A DNA stretch of 64,000 nucleotides from an uncultured Verrucomicrobiae bacterium. GTDB taxonomy: Bacteria > Verrucomicrobiota > Verrucomicrobiia > Chthoniobacterales > JAFAMB01. Shown here one piece after another: positions 11,156-21,251 of this stretch. The position numbers were made by a program, and so were the translations under genes. The stretch covers positions 689,677-753,676 of the forward strand of contig CAWJVG010000005.1 of the NCBI GenBank assembly GCA_963846195.1, given 5' to 3'. The notes beneath the pieces were generated by a model. The model did no database searches. It worked only from the letters and a program-made list of their open reading frames with translations, and was not told the origin of the DNA. How positions within the stretch are numbered: the stretch's first letter is position 1; each line of letters begins with the position of its first letter.

Positions 11156-12691
11156 TTACGGTTTGTAAAACCCCTTAAAATCCTTGATCGCACTATGGAG
11201 CTTTTCCTCCAGCTCCTTGTCAATCGCGAGCTTACCAAGAATAGCGGCGAGAATATCTTCCTTCCGGGTCTGGAAGTACTCCACCAACTTCGCCTGACAG
11301 TCCTTGATCTTATCAACCGGCACATCATCAAAATAACCCTTTTGCATGGCAAAAAGGATGACGACCTCCACCTCTACGGCGAAAGGATTGTACTGCACCT
11401 GCTTGAAAAGCTCGACGATACGCTGACCACGCTCGAGTTTTTTGCGGGTACCGGCATCCACGTCGGAGCCAAACTGAGCAAACGCCTGCAGATCCCGGAA
11501 CTGAGCAAGGTCCAGTTTGGTCGATCCGGCGACCTGTTTAATCGCCTTGATTTGCGCAGCAGACCCAACGCGGCTGACCGATATCCCGACGGAAATCGCC
11601 GGTCTCACGCCTTGGTAGAATAGATCCGTTTCAAGATAAATCTGGCCGTCCGTGATCGAGATGACGTTCGTTGGAATATAGGCAGAAACGTCTCCGGCTT
11701 GGGTCTCAATGATCGGAAGCGCTGTGAGCGACCCGCCGCCGTTGTCCTCGTTAAGGCGAGCGCTGCGTTCCAACAAACGAGAGTGCAGATAAAATACATC
11801 CCCGGGATAGGCTTCCCGTCCCGATGGCCTCCTGAGAACCAGGGAGACCTGCCGGTACGCTGCTGCGTGCTTGGTCAGATCATCAAACACAATGAGCGCA
11901 TCCATTCCGTTGGCCATGAACCATTCGCCCATCGCGGCGCCGGCGTATGGTGCAAGGTACTGGTTCGTCGCGCTCTCCGAAGCGGGCGCCGACAGGACAA
12001 TGGTGTAAGCCATCGCTCCGGCTTTCTCCAGAACATCGACCGTCCGGGCGATGCTCATGTTCTTTTGCCCTACCCCGACATAGATGCAATACAGCGGTTT
12101 ATGGTTCTTGATCTTTCCTTCTTCGGCCGCCTTGTTCAGGCGAGCTTGATTGATGATCGTATCAATCGCGATCGTCGTCTTCCCGGTCGCACGATCCCCA
12201 ATGATCAATTCACGCTGCCCCCGCCCCACAGGAATCATTGCGTCAACAGGCAGAATGCCGGTCTGAACCGGTACCGAGACGCTTTTCCGCTTGATGATAC
12301 CAGGCGCGATCTTTTCCACCGGATAAGTCTCATCGGATTTGACCGGACCTTTGCCGTCGATCGGTTGGCCCAAAGCGTTGACAACCCGGCCAAGCAACCC
12401 TTTCCCAACGGGCACGGAGAGCAATCTTCCCGTGGTCCGAACCTCGGTTCCTTCTTTGACCTCAGTGTAGTCTCCAACAATAATGGCGCCCACTTCGGTC
12501 TCCTCCAGGTTAAGCGCTATTCCATAGAGACCGCCCGGAAACTCAATCATTTCGTTGAGCATCACGTCGCTCAAACCCTCGATTTTCGCTACTCCATCGC
12601 CGATTTCTCGCACCGTCCCAACATTCGACCGAGTCGTATCAGTCTTCAGCCCGGAGATCGTTGCTTCCAGTTCCTGCAGAATTGTGCTCAT
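11156..12691 (-). CDS. atpA: F1 ATP synthase subunit alpha
   Basis: 511 aa. It has [15 protein letters not shown] and [20 protein letters not shown]. Confidence 0.97.
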   Translation of the reverse strand: MSTILQELEATISGLKTDTTRSNVGTVREIGDGVAKIEGLSDVMLNEMIEFPGGLYGIALNLEETEVGAIIVGDYTEVKEGTEVRTTGRLLSVPVGKGLLGRVVNALGQPIDGKGPVKSDETYPVEKIAPGIIKRKSVSVPVQTGILPVDAMIPVGRGQRELIIGDRATGKTTIAIDTIINQARLNKAAEEGKIKNHKPLYCIYVGVGQKNMSIARTVDVLEKAGAMAYTIVLSAPASESATNQYLAPYAGAAMGEWFMANGMDALIVFDDLTKHAAAYRQVSLVLRRPSGREAYPGDVFYLHSRLLERSARLNEDNGGGSLTALPIIETQAGDVSAYIPTNVISITDGQIYLETDLFYQGVRPAISVGISVSRVGSAAQIKAIKQVAGSTKLDLAQFRDLQAFAQFGSDVDAGTRKKLERGQRIVELFKQVQYNPFAVEVEVVILFAMQKGYFDDVPVDKIKDCQAKLVEYFQTRKEDILAAILGKLAIDKELEEKLHSAIKDFKGFYKP

Positions 12692-12701
12692 GATTCGATC
12701 T

Positions 12702-13094
12702 CTAAAGTTGTTCCTGAAGCTGATTCAGGCGGCCTTTAATTGATCCGTCCCAGACATCGTTTCCTATCTTGATCCTCAGGCCACCAAGGAGTTCCGGGTT
12801 TGTTCGAAACTCTGTCGTCAAATCTTCACCATACCTGGCCCTCAAATTCGCGACAATTCGATCGCCAAGCGATCGATTGAGCGGAGTCGCACTTTCGACG
12901 ACGGCGTGCCGCTTATCTACTTCCAGCTGGAGTAAACGTTGATAGTCTTTCAGCACGTCGACGTAGCGACGCGGTTTCGTTGCTAATACAGTTTGAACCA
13001 TGTGCGAAATCTTCTCCTCATCTAATCTCCCTGAGGTAAAACTGTGTCGAAACAACTGACGGGATACCTTTCGGGCTTCTTTGGTGGATTTCAT
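12702..13094 (-). CDS. atpH: F1 ATP synthase subunit delta (short, 130 aa)
   Basis: It lies between atpF and atpA. The C-terminal [22 protein letters not shown] is OSCP/delta-like, and the N-terminal part is shorter than the usual ~180 aa. Confidence 0.8.
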   Translation of the reverse strand: MKSTKEARKVSRQLFRHSFTSGRLDEEKISHMVQTVLATKPRRYVDVLKDYQRLLQLEVDKRHAVVESATPLNRSLGDRIVANLRARYGEDLTTEFRTNPELLGGLRIKIGNDVWDGSIKGRLNQLQEQL

Positions 13095-13111
13095 TGCCGG
13101 TCAACCAAAGT

Positions 13112-13612
13112 CTAAGCGACAACCTCACGGGCCGTCTCTTCACTAATGCGTTGGTGGTCTTCAGGGGTTAACACCTTGCCAGTCACACGGGTCGTCGTGT
13201 CCACCACCAGGCGACCCAGCTCCCGTTTTATCTCTGCCATCAGACGATCTCTCTCCAATGCCATCGCTTCCTGCGCTTTCAAAGTCACCTGTTCGGCTGC
13301 GGCGATCGCTTCCTGGCGTTTTTGCTCCGCCAGCCGGTCGCCACTCGCACGCACCTCCTCGATCACTCGTTGCGCCTCGGCGTTGGCCTTGGCCAGAATT
13401 TCTTCGTATTTTGCCTGAGCCGCGGCCAGTTGTTTCTTGATATTTTCAGCGTTCAGCTGACCCTCTTCGATCCGACGGCGCCGTTCCTCCAGCATGGCGA
13501 TGACCGGCTTGAACGCGTATCGCTTCAGAACCAGGTAGACAATCGCGAACAACACCACCTGAGCGATCAGATTGGGCCAGTAAACGCCAAATTGTTCAGC
13601 CACATTACCCAT
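13112..13612 (-). CDS. atpF: Fo ATP synthase subunit b
   Basis: 166 aa with a single N-terminal TM segment followed by a long charged helix. Its operon position fits subunit b. Confidence 0.88.
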   Translation of the reverse strand: MGNVAEQFGVYWPNLIAQVVLFAIVYLVLKRYAFKPVIAMLEERRRRIEEGQLNAENIKKQLAAAQAKYEEILAKANAEAQRVIEEVRASGDRLAEQKRQEAIAAAEQVTLKAQEAMALERDRLMAEIKRELGRLVVDTTTRVTGKVLTPEDHQRISEETAREVVA

Positions 13613-13706
13613 AAATCAATTGAATCCGGGAGGACTCCTTTACTCGAGGGGGATTGCGGAAACTGCAAGGACTTTCTTGCCTTCCAGTCTCCACAACTTT
13701 TCGTCG

Positions 13707-13943
13707 TTATTTCGTGAATGCGATCACCAATCCGTAAATTGCAATCGCTTCCGCCAGCGCCATACCGATGATCGCCATTGTCAGGATGCTGCCAAACGCG
13801 CTGGGATTCCGGCCCACGGCTTCGGCAGCTTTGCCTCCTACTATGCCAACGCCCACACCCGCGCCCAGGCCGGCAAAGGCTAAAGGCAAAAACGGACCGA
13901 AATTCCCGGCTTCGGCCGCCAACATTGGAAGAGTTTCTAACAT
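13707..13943 (-). CDS. atpE: Fo ATP synthase subunit c
   Basis: 78 aa from ATG 13943 (AGGA RBS), lying inside the longer ORF 13707..14093. It is a two-TM hairpin with GLGAGVGVGIVGGKA and ALAEAIAIYGLVIAF. Confidence 0.92.
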   Translation of the reverse strand: MLETLPMLAAEAGNFGPFLPLAFAGLGAGVGVGIVGGKAAEAVGRNPSAFGSILTMAIIGMALAEAIAIYGLVIAFTK

Positions 13944-14019
13944 GGTTATTTCCTTTCGCTTTTTTCGTGTTTCTCCTTCCAGTCGCCCACGCATAGCATG
14001 GTCTCGACGGGAAAAATAT

Positions 14020-14913
14020 TTAGTGCGCCACCTCTCCCTCCTGATGTTCGGTCGACAACTTGATATAGACGGCGCAAAGCATCGCAAAAACAAAAGCCTG
14101 GAGTAAACCCACCAACAGCTCGAGGAAGTAGAAGGGAAGCGGAAACAGGATGGAAGACACCCAGTTCACAGGGAATGGCAGCTTGGCGCCCAAGTCCGAC
14201 ATCGTGTGCAACAATGTCTCTCCAGCGTACATATTTCCGAATAATCGGAAGGAGAGTGAAACAGGGCGAATCGCGATCGAAATCATCTCGATAACCCCAA
14301 CGAACAGGAAGAGCGGCAACAAAGCGAACCAGAGAGCCCCTTTCAGACCACCTTTGGGCGCAAAGTTCTCCTTAAAAAACCCGATCACGCCGACTTCCTG
14401 AAAGGTCCAGAACAGCCACCACGCCATAAAAAACAGAGCCATCCCTAACGTCATATTGAGATCAGCATTGGCAGGACGCAAGAGAGGTTGAGTCACCTCC
14501 TTGAGAGTTAGCGGAGCTCCTCCAGGTTCTCCAAAACCGATCGTTCCTACCCCCGGGACCAATCCGAACCAGTTCGCCGCTAGAATAAAAATAAACAGGG
14601 TTCCGAGCAGCGAAAATACCTTCGGAATCATGTGCTTACCCACGATGCCCTCGAAAGTCACGTACAGAGTTTCAACGACTGCCTCGAACAGATTTTGGAT
14701 ACCATTGGGAACGAGCATCATTTTAGCCGTCGACCGGCGTGCCCAAATCACGACCAGAACGGTGACAATCATCGTGACCAACATCGAGTTGGTGAACCAA
14801 CTCGCTTGGGGGATAAGGGGGTTCGCTGTTACCGTTAGTTGTTCCGCGGCCAATAAATATGTCGGATCCATAGGCAGATCAACTCTCCAGCGATCGAGAC
14901 ACGCCTCCGGCAT
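14020..14913 (-). CDS. atpB: Fo ATP synthase subunit a
   Basis: 297 aa. It has RPVSLSFRLFGNMYAGE with the conserved Arg. An alternative start is ATG 14871 (MDPTYLL). Confidence 0.92.
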   Translation of the reverse strand: MPEACLDRWRVDLPMDPTYLLAAEQLTVTANPLIPQASWFTNSMLVTMIVTVLVVIWARRSTAKMMLVPNGIQNLFEAVVETLYVTFEGIVGKHMIPKVFSLLGTLFIFILAANWFGLVPGVGTIGFGEPGGAPLTLKEVTQPLLRPANADLNMTLGMALFFMAWWLFWTFQEVGVIGFFKENFAPKGGLKGALWFALLPLFLFVGVIEMISIAIRPVSLSFRLFGNMYAGETLLHTMSDLGAKLPFPVNWVSSILFPLPFYFLELLVGLLQAFVFAMLCAVYIKLSTEHQEGEVAH

Positions 14914-14960
14914 CTAGGCGGATAGGGCAGGTAAATCGGAGCGCTGGAGGGTGAACACCC

Positions 14961-16334
14961 ATGAAAGCAATGCCCAGGGAGACATGCAAGCGGTTTTGTG
15001 AGATTTTTCACAAAGTCGCCCACACACCTTTAGACCCGCTCCCCCGCCGCTTCCAAGCTCCACTTCCATACATCCGCCAACTCCGTTGCTCAAACCACTC
15101 CATATTTCTTGCAGACTTCGGCCATGTCGCTTATCGGCTGATAGTGGATCGGAAGTTGGGTTACCTCTTCGAGCGGTTCCCGGCGTTTACTCAAACGTTT
15201 TGCGCACGCGAACTCGCCGAACTCTATCGGCAAGGAACAGCGCCGCCGGTCTACTCCATCCGGCGGCCAACTGAAACTCCGCCGGCAAACATTCCGCTGG
15301 AAAATATTCCCGTCTATTACCTTCCGGACACAAACAGCCTGGAATTCAAGATCAGGACGAAACTCATTGCTCCCCGGCTGAAAGAGCTCTGGTCCGGTTC
15401 CGGTGACCTCCGAGATAAGGGGCGCTTCCGCGAAGCAGCGTATCTCGGGCAGAGACTTAAGAGAGTCCGGATCTCGCATGTTCATGTCCACTTCGCCGGT
15501 TTGGCCTCCCGGACCGCATGGTGGCTGAAGCGACTTTTCGGCATCACCTACAGCTTCACCGGGCACGCCAACGACATCTTTTGCCCTAAGCCGGACCAGC
15601 GCGTCGGCCTCGGTGATCTCGTGCACGAGGCTTCGTTTATCGTGGTCGTCAGCGATTTCGGTGCGAATTGGCTGCGCCGCGGGTTTCCCGACTCGGCTCA
15701 CAAAATCCATCGTATCTACAACGGCCTGGACCTCTCAGTTTTCAAGTCGGCCATGTCGGAGCACAATCCCGTGCGATTGTTGTCGATCGGCCGCCTGATT
15801 GAAAAGAAAGGCTTTAGATTCCTGATCGAAGCCTGTCACCTGCTTCGTTCCTCTCGATTGCCTTTTGTCTGCCAGATCGTCGGCGAAGGACCGGAACGTG
15901 ACCGACTGGAGAAGTTGATCCGGCAACATCATTTGTCGGACATGGTCCAACTTACGGGGCCGTTGCCCCAAACGAAGCTCGTGGAAATTCTCGCCCAATG
16001 CTCCATCTTTGTTTTCCCGGCAATCCACGACAGCTCAGGTGATACCGACAATCTTCCAACGGTTCTCATCGAGGCCATGGCGAGCCGTCTGCCGATCGTC
16101 GCAACCGAAATCGCCGGCATCCCGGAAATCGTGCAGCACAACGAAAACGGGCTCCTCGTTGCGGAAAAAGACCCGGCAGGATTGGCGCAGGCGATTCGGG
16201 CCATGGCCGGCGATGAAGCGATGCTGGAGCGATTTGGAAGGGCTTCGCGCCGCATTGCCGAAGAAAAGTTTGCCCTCTCACACACTGTCGGCGAGCTGAA
16301 GAAGCTATTCTCGCAGTCTGGTCTCGGCGTGTGA
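14961..16334 (+). CDS. glycosyltransferase family 4 (GT-B)
   Basis: 457-aa ORF. The C-terminal sugar-donor region PTVLIEAMASRLPIVATEIAGIPEIV is present. Conserved sequence only begins near LGYLFERFP, so the real start may be GTG 15144. Confidence 0.85.
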   Translation: MKAMPRETCKRFCEIFHKVAHTPLDPLPRRFQAPLPYIRQLRCSNHSIFLADFGHVAYRLIVDRKLGYLFERFPAFTQTFCARELAELYRQGTAPPVYSIRRPTETPPANIPLENIPVYYLPDTNSLEFKIRTKLIAPRLKELWSGSGDLRDKGRFREAAYLGQRLKRVRISHVHVHFAGLASRTAWWLKRLFGITYSFTGHANDIFCPKPDQRVGLGDLVHEASFIVVVSDFGANWLRRGFPDSAHKIHRIYNGLDLSVFKSAMSEHNPVRLLSIGRLIEKKGFRFLIEACHLLRSSRLPFVCQIVGEGPERDRLEKLIRQHHLSDMVQLTGPLPQTKLVEILAQCSIFVFPAIHDSSGDTDNLPTVLIEAMASRLPIVATEIAGIPEIVQHNENGLLVAEKDPAGLAQAIRAMAGDEAMLERFGRASRRIAEEKFALSHTVGELKKLFSQSGLGV

Positions 16335-16388
16335 TTCGACTCGTTTACGACTTTACACGACCCGGCGATCGGATCTCAAATAGGCGCT

Positions 16389-17135
16389 ATGAACGCTGTT
16401 ATCCTGGCGGCAGGTTACGCGACGCGGCTATATCCGTTGACGCTGAACAAGGCCAAGCCGCTTCTGGAAGTCGCGGGCAAACCGATTGTCGAATGGGTTT
16501 CCGATCAGCTTTTATCCATCCCGACTCTCGAAACGATCTACGTGGTAACGAATCAAAAATTCGCCGCTGACTTTTCGGCTTGGGCACAGGCATTTCGGTC
16601 GAAGCGTAATAGCCCCGCAGTCAGGGTCCTCGACGACGGAACCAGCTCCGATTCTGAAAAGCGCGGAGCGATCGGCGATATCCATTTCGTTCTGAGTACG
16701 GAAAAAATCGACGGAAACGACCTATTGGTCGTAGCAGGCGACAATCTTTTTAGCGAACCGCTCGCGGAATTCGCGGAATTTTCTGCGCAGCATCCGGCGG
16801 CTCTGGGCGTCTATGACGTGAAAAGCCTTGATCGGGCCAGGAAGTACAATCGGCTGATGACCAATTCAGTCGGTATTTTGACCGATTTCGAAGAGAAACC
16901 GGCAAACCCGTCGAGCACTATTTGTGGAATCGCTCTCTATTATTACGGCCCTGAGGCTGTCAAACTCTTGAATTTGTACATCCAGGAGGGGAACAACCCG
17001 GATCAGCCGGGGCGTTTTGTCCAATGGTTGCACAAGAGGCTGGATGTTTTTACCTTCCCCATCCGCGGGCTCTGGAGCGACATCGGAAGCCATGAAGAGT
17101 TGGAGGAAGCGAAGAGTCTCTTCAGGAGTCTCTGA
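16389..17135 (+). CDS. sugar-phosphate nucleotidylyltransferase
   Basis: 248 aa. The N-terminal signature is [22 protein letters not shown]. Confidence 0.85.
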   Translation: MNAVILAAGYATRLYPLTLNKAKPLLEVAGKPIVEWVSDQLLSIPTLETIYVVTNQKFAADFSAWAQAFRSKRNSPAVRVLDDGTSSDSEKRGAIGDIHFVLSTEKIDGNDLLVVAGDNLFSEPLAEFAEFSAQHPAALGVYDVKSLDRARKYNRLMTNSVGILTDFEEKPANPSSTICGIALYYYGPEAVKLLNLYIQEGNNPDQPGRFVQWLHKRLDVFTFPIRGLWSDIGSHEELEEAKSLFRSL

Positions 17136-17166
17136 CGACCCTGCGTTCGGTCGTCCGAGGCCTCGG
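17134..17166 (+). terminator. two adjacent stem-loops after the nucleotidyltransferase gene
   Basis: GACGACC-ctgcgttc-GGTCGTC (17134-17155) is followed by the palindrome CCGAGGCCTCGG (17155-17166). The structure overlaps the stop codon at 17133-17135. Confidence 0.4.
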
Positions 17167-17250
17167 TTCGAGCATTACCCGCGTCGATCGCAGGTTTCCG
17201 CAGGCAGATTCTGGTTGATTTCCTCGAGAGTCGTTCTTTACTCCCTACCT

Positions 17251-17508
17251 ATGTCGAATGAAAGCAAAGCGAAAAGCGCATTTATGAAACCGGTTCAGCC
17301 CGATGCTGCGCTTGCGAAGATTGTTGGTGCAAATCCTCTACCAAGGACCGAACTGACCAAGAAGCTTTGGGAGTATATCAAACAAAACAAACTCCAGGAT
17401 AAGAAGCTCATCAAGGCCGACGCCGCTCTTGAAACCGTTTTTAATGGCAAGAAAGAGGTCGACATGTTCGAGCTCACCCGGCTCGTCAATACTCATATCA
17501 TCAAATAA
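17251..17508 (+). CDS. SWIB/MDM2 domain-containing protein
   Basis: 85 aa from ATG 17251, inside ORF 17017..17508. PLPRTELTKKLWEYIKQNKLQD...MFELTRLV matches the SWIB domain. Confidence 0.85.
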   Translation: MSNESKAKSAFMKPVQPDAALAKIVGANPLPRTELTKKLWEYIKQNKLQDKKLIKADAALETVFNGKKEVDMFELTRLVNTHIIK

Positions 17509-17532
17509 ACATCGGACGCCCGAGCACGTCCT

Positions 17533-18294
17533 TTGCCTGTCGATTACTCGACGAACCAGGGAGGGTTCTCTAGACAAGTCGTGTCCCCGTTAACCAAAAA
17601 GCTTGCGGTGGCAGTCGTGCTCCTGATTGGACTTGGGATCGCGTCTTATTTTTTCCCGGTCATCCCGGCCCTTCAGAGTCTTTGCACCTGGGTGGGCAGC
17701 CTGGGTCTCCTAGGGGTGTTGTTGGTTGCTTTGTTTCTTGCGATTGGATCGTTGTTCTTCCTACCGGCTAGCCCGTTCATCATTGCTGGGTCGGCGGTTT
17801 TCGGGTTTCCTCTCGGCGTTGTTGGAGCGGTTATCGGACTTGCTTTGGGAGCTTCCGGCGGTTTTTGTTTGTCCCGCTGGTTCCTGCGTAAAGAAATCTC
17901 CGCCCATTTCCGAAAACACGCGACTTTCCGCGCGATCGATATGGCAATCGAAAAAGAGGGATGGAAAATCGTGATTCTGCTGCGTCTCTGCCCCATCCCG
18001 TTTGGCCTGGCAAATTATCTCTACGGCCTGACCGCAGTCCGGTTCCGCGCCTACCTGGTCGCGAGCCTGATCGGCGGTTTGCCAAGCCTTTTGTTGTTTT
18101 GCCAGCTTGGCACCGCCGGAAAAGCCGGGTTGGACGCGATTGCTTCCGGCCACCTTGGTCGCAGCGCCGGGGAATTGGTGGTGCTCGGGATCAGCGCGGC
18201 GGCAACGATATGCGCGATCGTGTTGATACCCTTGTTCGCCCGCAAGGCCGTCCAGAAATACGCTCAGGTCTCGCTTCCTTCGACACCTACGTAA
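17533..18294 (+). CDS. TVP38/TMEM64 family (DedA-related) membrane protein
   Basis: 253 aa and polytopic, with ILLRLCPIPFGLANYLYGLT. The TTG start is uncertain. Confidence 0.8.
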   Translation: MPVDYSTNQGGFSRQVVSPLTKKLAVAVVLLIGLGIASYFFPVIPALQSLCTWVGSLGLLGVLLVALFLAIGSLFFLPASPFIIAGSAVFGFPLGVVGAVIGLALGASGGFCLSRWFLRKEISAHFRKHATFRAIDMAIEKEGWKIVILLRLCPIPFGLANYLYGLTAVRFRAYLVASLIGGLPSLLLFCQLGTAGKAGLDAIASGHLGRSAGELVVLGISAAATICAIVLIPLFARKAVQKYAQVSLPSTPT

Positions 18295-18302
18295 TCGGAA
18301 TC

Positions 18303-19676
18303 TCAAAATACATACTCTTTTCCAGGCTCAGGAATCACGGCCTCTACTCCAGGCAATTCCTTCGAAATCCTGGATTTAAACCAGGAGACAGCCGGTGGAT
18401 CCCCGTGAACAAGGATCACGATCTTCGGAGATACCTTCCGTATATAGTCAAAGAGAAGCTCTCGGGGCGAGTGAGCGCTGAAGTCAAATTCACTGACCTG
18501 GCACGCCAGCCTCTGGCTTGGTAGCCCCTCATCAAGTTGAACCAGATCACCCGGTTGCGCCGCTTTCAATCGGCCGCCCGGTGAATCCGGATCGGCATAA
18601 CCGACAAATAATACAGATTGCCTGGGATCCGTCAGGAAGCGTTCCGCCAGTTGGTTCGACAAGGTTTTCTCCGTCATCATCCCGCTCGAAAGTGCGTAAA
18701 TCCGTCGCCGCCCAATCTGTGTCGTTTGAACGTCCCTGCTGCTCAGCACGTGCGGCCCAATCGAATCCAGAAGTTGCAAACCTTCGTACTGCCTCGGCGC
18801 TAGAGATGCCAACTGGTCGTGTAATATCGTAATCTTCGTGCTCAAGCCGCCGATGTAGATCGGGACACTTTGAAGCTCGCCTTGCCGCTTGAAGAGGTGA
18901 AGCATTGTCAGGATTTCCTGCGTTTTCCCGAGTGCAAATACCGGGACCAGGATGGAGCCGCCTTTATCAAAAGCCTCTTCGATCGCGGTCAGGAAACGTT
19001 GTTCCTCGGCTTTCCGGGTGTACCCCACTGCCAGCGCTCGGTCGCCCCGCGTCGTCTCAATTATCAGAATGTCGATGTCGCCTTCTGGAAAATTGGCGCC
19101 TTTCATCAAGGTCTGCTCCAGAAAATTCACATCGCCCGTGTAAAAAACGTTTTTCCCTTCCGCCCGAAGCATAATCCCTGCAGATCCCAGGATGTGACCT
19201 GAATCATACATCTCGAAGGTGGAATCGTGGTCAGTCCTTGGGACTCGTTCGCCTTCGACGGTCCAATACTGCCGAAACCCGACGCTCTGCCAAAGTTCAG
19301 AAGCATGGTCCGCCTCGCGATGGGTAAAAAGCGGATAGGTCGGAATCTTAAGTTCGTCCCGCTGTCGCGACATCACGTTAACGGAGTTATGCAGCATCAC
19401 ATCCGACAGTTTGGCAGTGGCGTGTGTCATGAAGACTCTTGCTTGCGGTTGCCTGCGCATCAGGACAGGGAGTGAGCCGATATGATCCTGGTGCGAGTGC
19501 GAGATGAGGATCGCGTCGAGCGAACCATCCGGAATCGATCTATAGTGGGGAAGGGCTGCGTCACCTTCTTGCCTAGGATGCAACCCAGCGTCCAGCACCA
19601 GTTTCTTGCCATCCAACTCCAGGAAATACGAATTCGCGCCAATCTCTGTTTGCCGGGTCAAATTAATAAATCGCAT
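18303..19676 (-). CDS. MBL-fold beta-CASP family RNA-metabolising hydrolase
   Basis: The ORF extends to TTG 19697, but ATG 19676 has an AAGGAG RBS. It has the HSHQDH motif, a beta-CASP-like middle region and a C-terminal VHGD. Confidence 0.8.
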   Translation of the reverse strand: MRFINLTRQTEIGANSYFLELDGKKLVLDAGLHPRQEGDAALPHYRSIPDGSLDAILISHSHQDHIGSLPVLMRRQPQARVFMTHATAKLSDVMLHNSVNVMSRQRDELKIPTYPLFTHREADHASELWQSVGFRQYWTVEGERVPRTDHDSTFEMYDSGHILGSAGIMLRAEGKNVFYTGDVNFLEQTLMKGANFPEGDIDILIIETTRGDRALAVGYTRKAEEQRFLTAIEEAFDKGGSILVPVFALGKTQEILTMLHLFKRQGELQSVPIYIGGLSTKITILHDQLASLAPRQYEGLQLLDSIGPHVLSSRDVQTTQIGRRRIYALSSGMMTEKTLSNQLAERFLTDPRQSVLFVGYADPDSPGGRLKAAQPGDLVQLDEGLPSQRLACQVSEFDFSAHSPRELLFDYIRKVSPKIVILVHGDPPAVSWFKSRISKELPGVEAVIPEPGKEYVF

Positions 19677-19784
19677 TCTCTCCTTTTTGAGATCCAAATT
19701 CGCCGAAACTTCCCACGTCCGGCGACGTCTCCAAATCTAGTGAATTCAAACTGGAAACCAAATCCAACGTAATGAGATTTTGAA

Positions 19785-21242
19785 ATGTTATCTCCGGTTC
19801 CAACCAATCGCTGGGATTTTGATACTGCCGCTCACCTCCTGGTGCGCGCGGGATTTGGCGGAGCTCCGACTGCAATTCAGAATTTTCGGGCGTTGGGACC
19901 GGAAAAAGCGGTGGATTCGCTGATCAACGCTCCGGTCGACAGCTATCCGCCGCCCACTTGGGCCACACCGGACGACGAAGACGAACTGCGCGCCCAAATC
20001 CAGGAAGCTTCCACCCCGGAAGAAAAGCAAATGGCGCGCAAACTCCAGCAAGAGAAATTCAACAGCGAAATGAAGGACCTGAGTCGTTGGTGGCTGACCC
20101 GCATGGTCGGCACGCCCTCGCCGCTAGTTGAAAAGATGACGCTGTTCTGGCACGGCCACTTTGCCACCAGTGGTCAAAAAGTTCGGCCGGCCTACAAAAT
20201 GTGGCTCCAGAACGAAACTTTCCGCCAGAACGCGTTGGGTAACTTTCGCACTCTCGCCAAGGCCGTTTCGCGCGACCCGGCGATGATGATCTGGCTGGAC
20301 ACCGTCCAGAGCAAAAAAGAACACCCCAACGAGAATTTTAGCCGCGAAGTCATGGAACTCTTCACTCTAGGGGAAGGGCACTATACGGAGTCCGACGTTA
20401 AAGAGGCGGCGCGAGCGTTTACCGGCTACCGAATTTATCAACCGGAGCAATCCTTCCGGTTCGCTGCCCGGCAATTCGATCCGGGACTGAAGACGTTCAT
20501 GGGGAAAACCGGTCCTTGGAACGGTGACCAGATTCTTGATATCATCATCTCGCAGCCCCAATGCGCTCACTTCATCGCAGCTAAGATCTGGAGATTCTTC
20601 GCCGACGACACCCCCGAGCCAAAGCTGGTTGACGCTCTTGCCGGTGAATTCCGTAATGTTCACTACGAGTTGCGACCGTTGATGAAGTCTATTTTCTTGT
20701 CCGAGGAATTTTATGACCCGCAGGTTCGAAATTCGCAGATCAAGAGCCCGGTGCAATTCCTCGCGCAAGCTCTGCGCACTTTTCCAATAGAATTGCCGGA
20801 CTCGAATGTGGTGGAATTCGCCTTCCGGCAGATGGGTCAGGTTCCTTTTTTCCCTCCCAATGTTAAAGGATGGGACGGTGGGAAAAGTTGGATCAACACC
20901 GCGACCCTTACCTTCCGCTATAAATTTGCCCATCAGTTAGTCGACGGCATTAACCCTCAAGAAATTGGGGTCCCGAAACCAGCCGCCATGGACATGAGCG
21001 CGCCGCGGCCGACGATGACCCCGCCGTTGTTAGTCGACAAAATCGTCTCGCCGGAAGACCGCTCACAACCGGATACTCTGATCCGAAAACTTTACATTCG
21101 CGCGTTCCAGTGCACGCCACAAAACGAACTGACAGGCAAGCTTCGAGACTTCATAGCGACGCGCGAACTGCCTCTGGACGACAGCTCCATCCGGGAATTG
21201 CTGCTCCTGATGATGACCAGTCCAAACTACCAGGTTACCTGA
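19785..21242 (+). CDS. DUF1800 domain-containing protein
   Basis: 485 aa. WHGHFATS, MMIWLD and NENFSREVMELFTLG match my recollection of DUF1800. It is paired with DUF1501 immediately downstream. Confidence 0.8.
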   Translation: MLSPVPTNRWDFDTAAHLLVRAGFGGAPTAIQNFRALGPEKAVDSLINAPVDSYPPPTWATPDDEDELRAQIQEASTPEEKQMARKLQQEKFNSEMKDLSRWWLTRMVGTPSPLVEKMTLFWHGHFATSGQKVRPAYKMWLQNETFRQNALGNFRTLAKAVSRDPAMMIWLDTVQSKKEHPNENFSREVMELFTLGEGHYTESDVKEAARAFTGYRIYQPEQSFRFAARQFDPGLKTFMGKTGPWNGDQILDIIISQPQCAHFIAAKIWRFFADDTPEPKLVDALAGEFRNVHYELRPLMKSIFLSEEFYDPQVRNSQIKSPVQFLAQALRTFPIELPDSNVVEFAFRQMGQVPFFPPNVKGWDGGKSWINTATLTFRYKFAHQLVDGINPQEIGVPKPAAMDMSAPRPTMTPPLLVDKIVSPEDRSQPDTLIRKLYIRAFQCTPQNELTGKLRDFIATRELPLDDSSIRELLLLMMTSPNYQVT

Positions 21243-21251
21243 TTTTTCTTT

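Noticed and set aside
10622-12739. Two long plus-strand ORFs (333 and 346 aa) overlapping atpG/atpA
   Set aside because: They lie antisense to unmistakable ATP synthase genes. Their translations are Arg/Pro/Gly-rich and low in complexity, with no recognisable motifs. These are typical shadow ORFs of GC-rich coding DNA.
14835-15023. 62-aa ORF upstream of atpB as a possible atpI/atpZ
   Set aside because: It has no hydrophobic segment and no RBS, and it overlaps the likely atpB start region.
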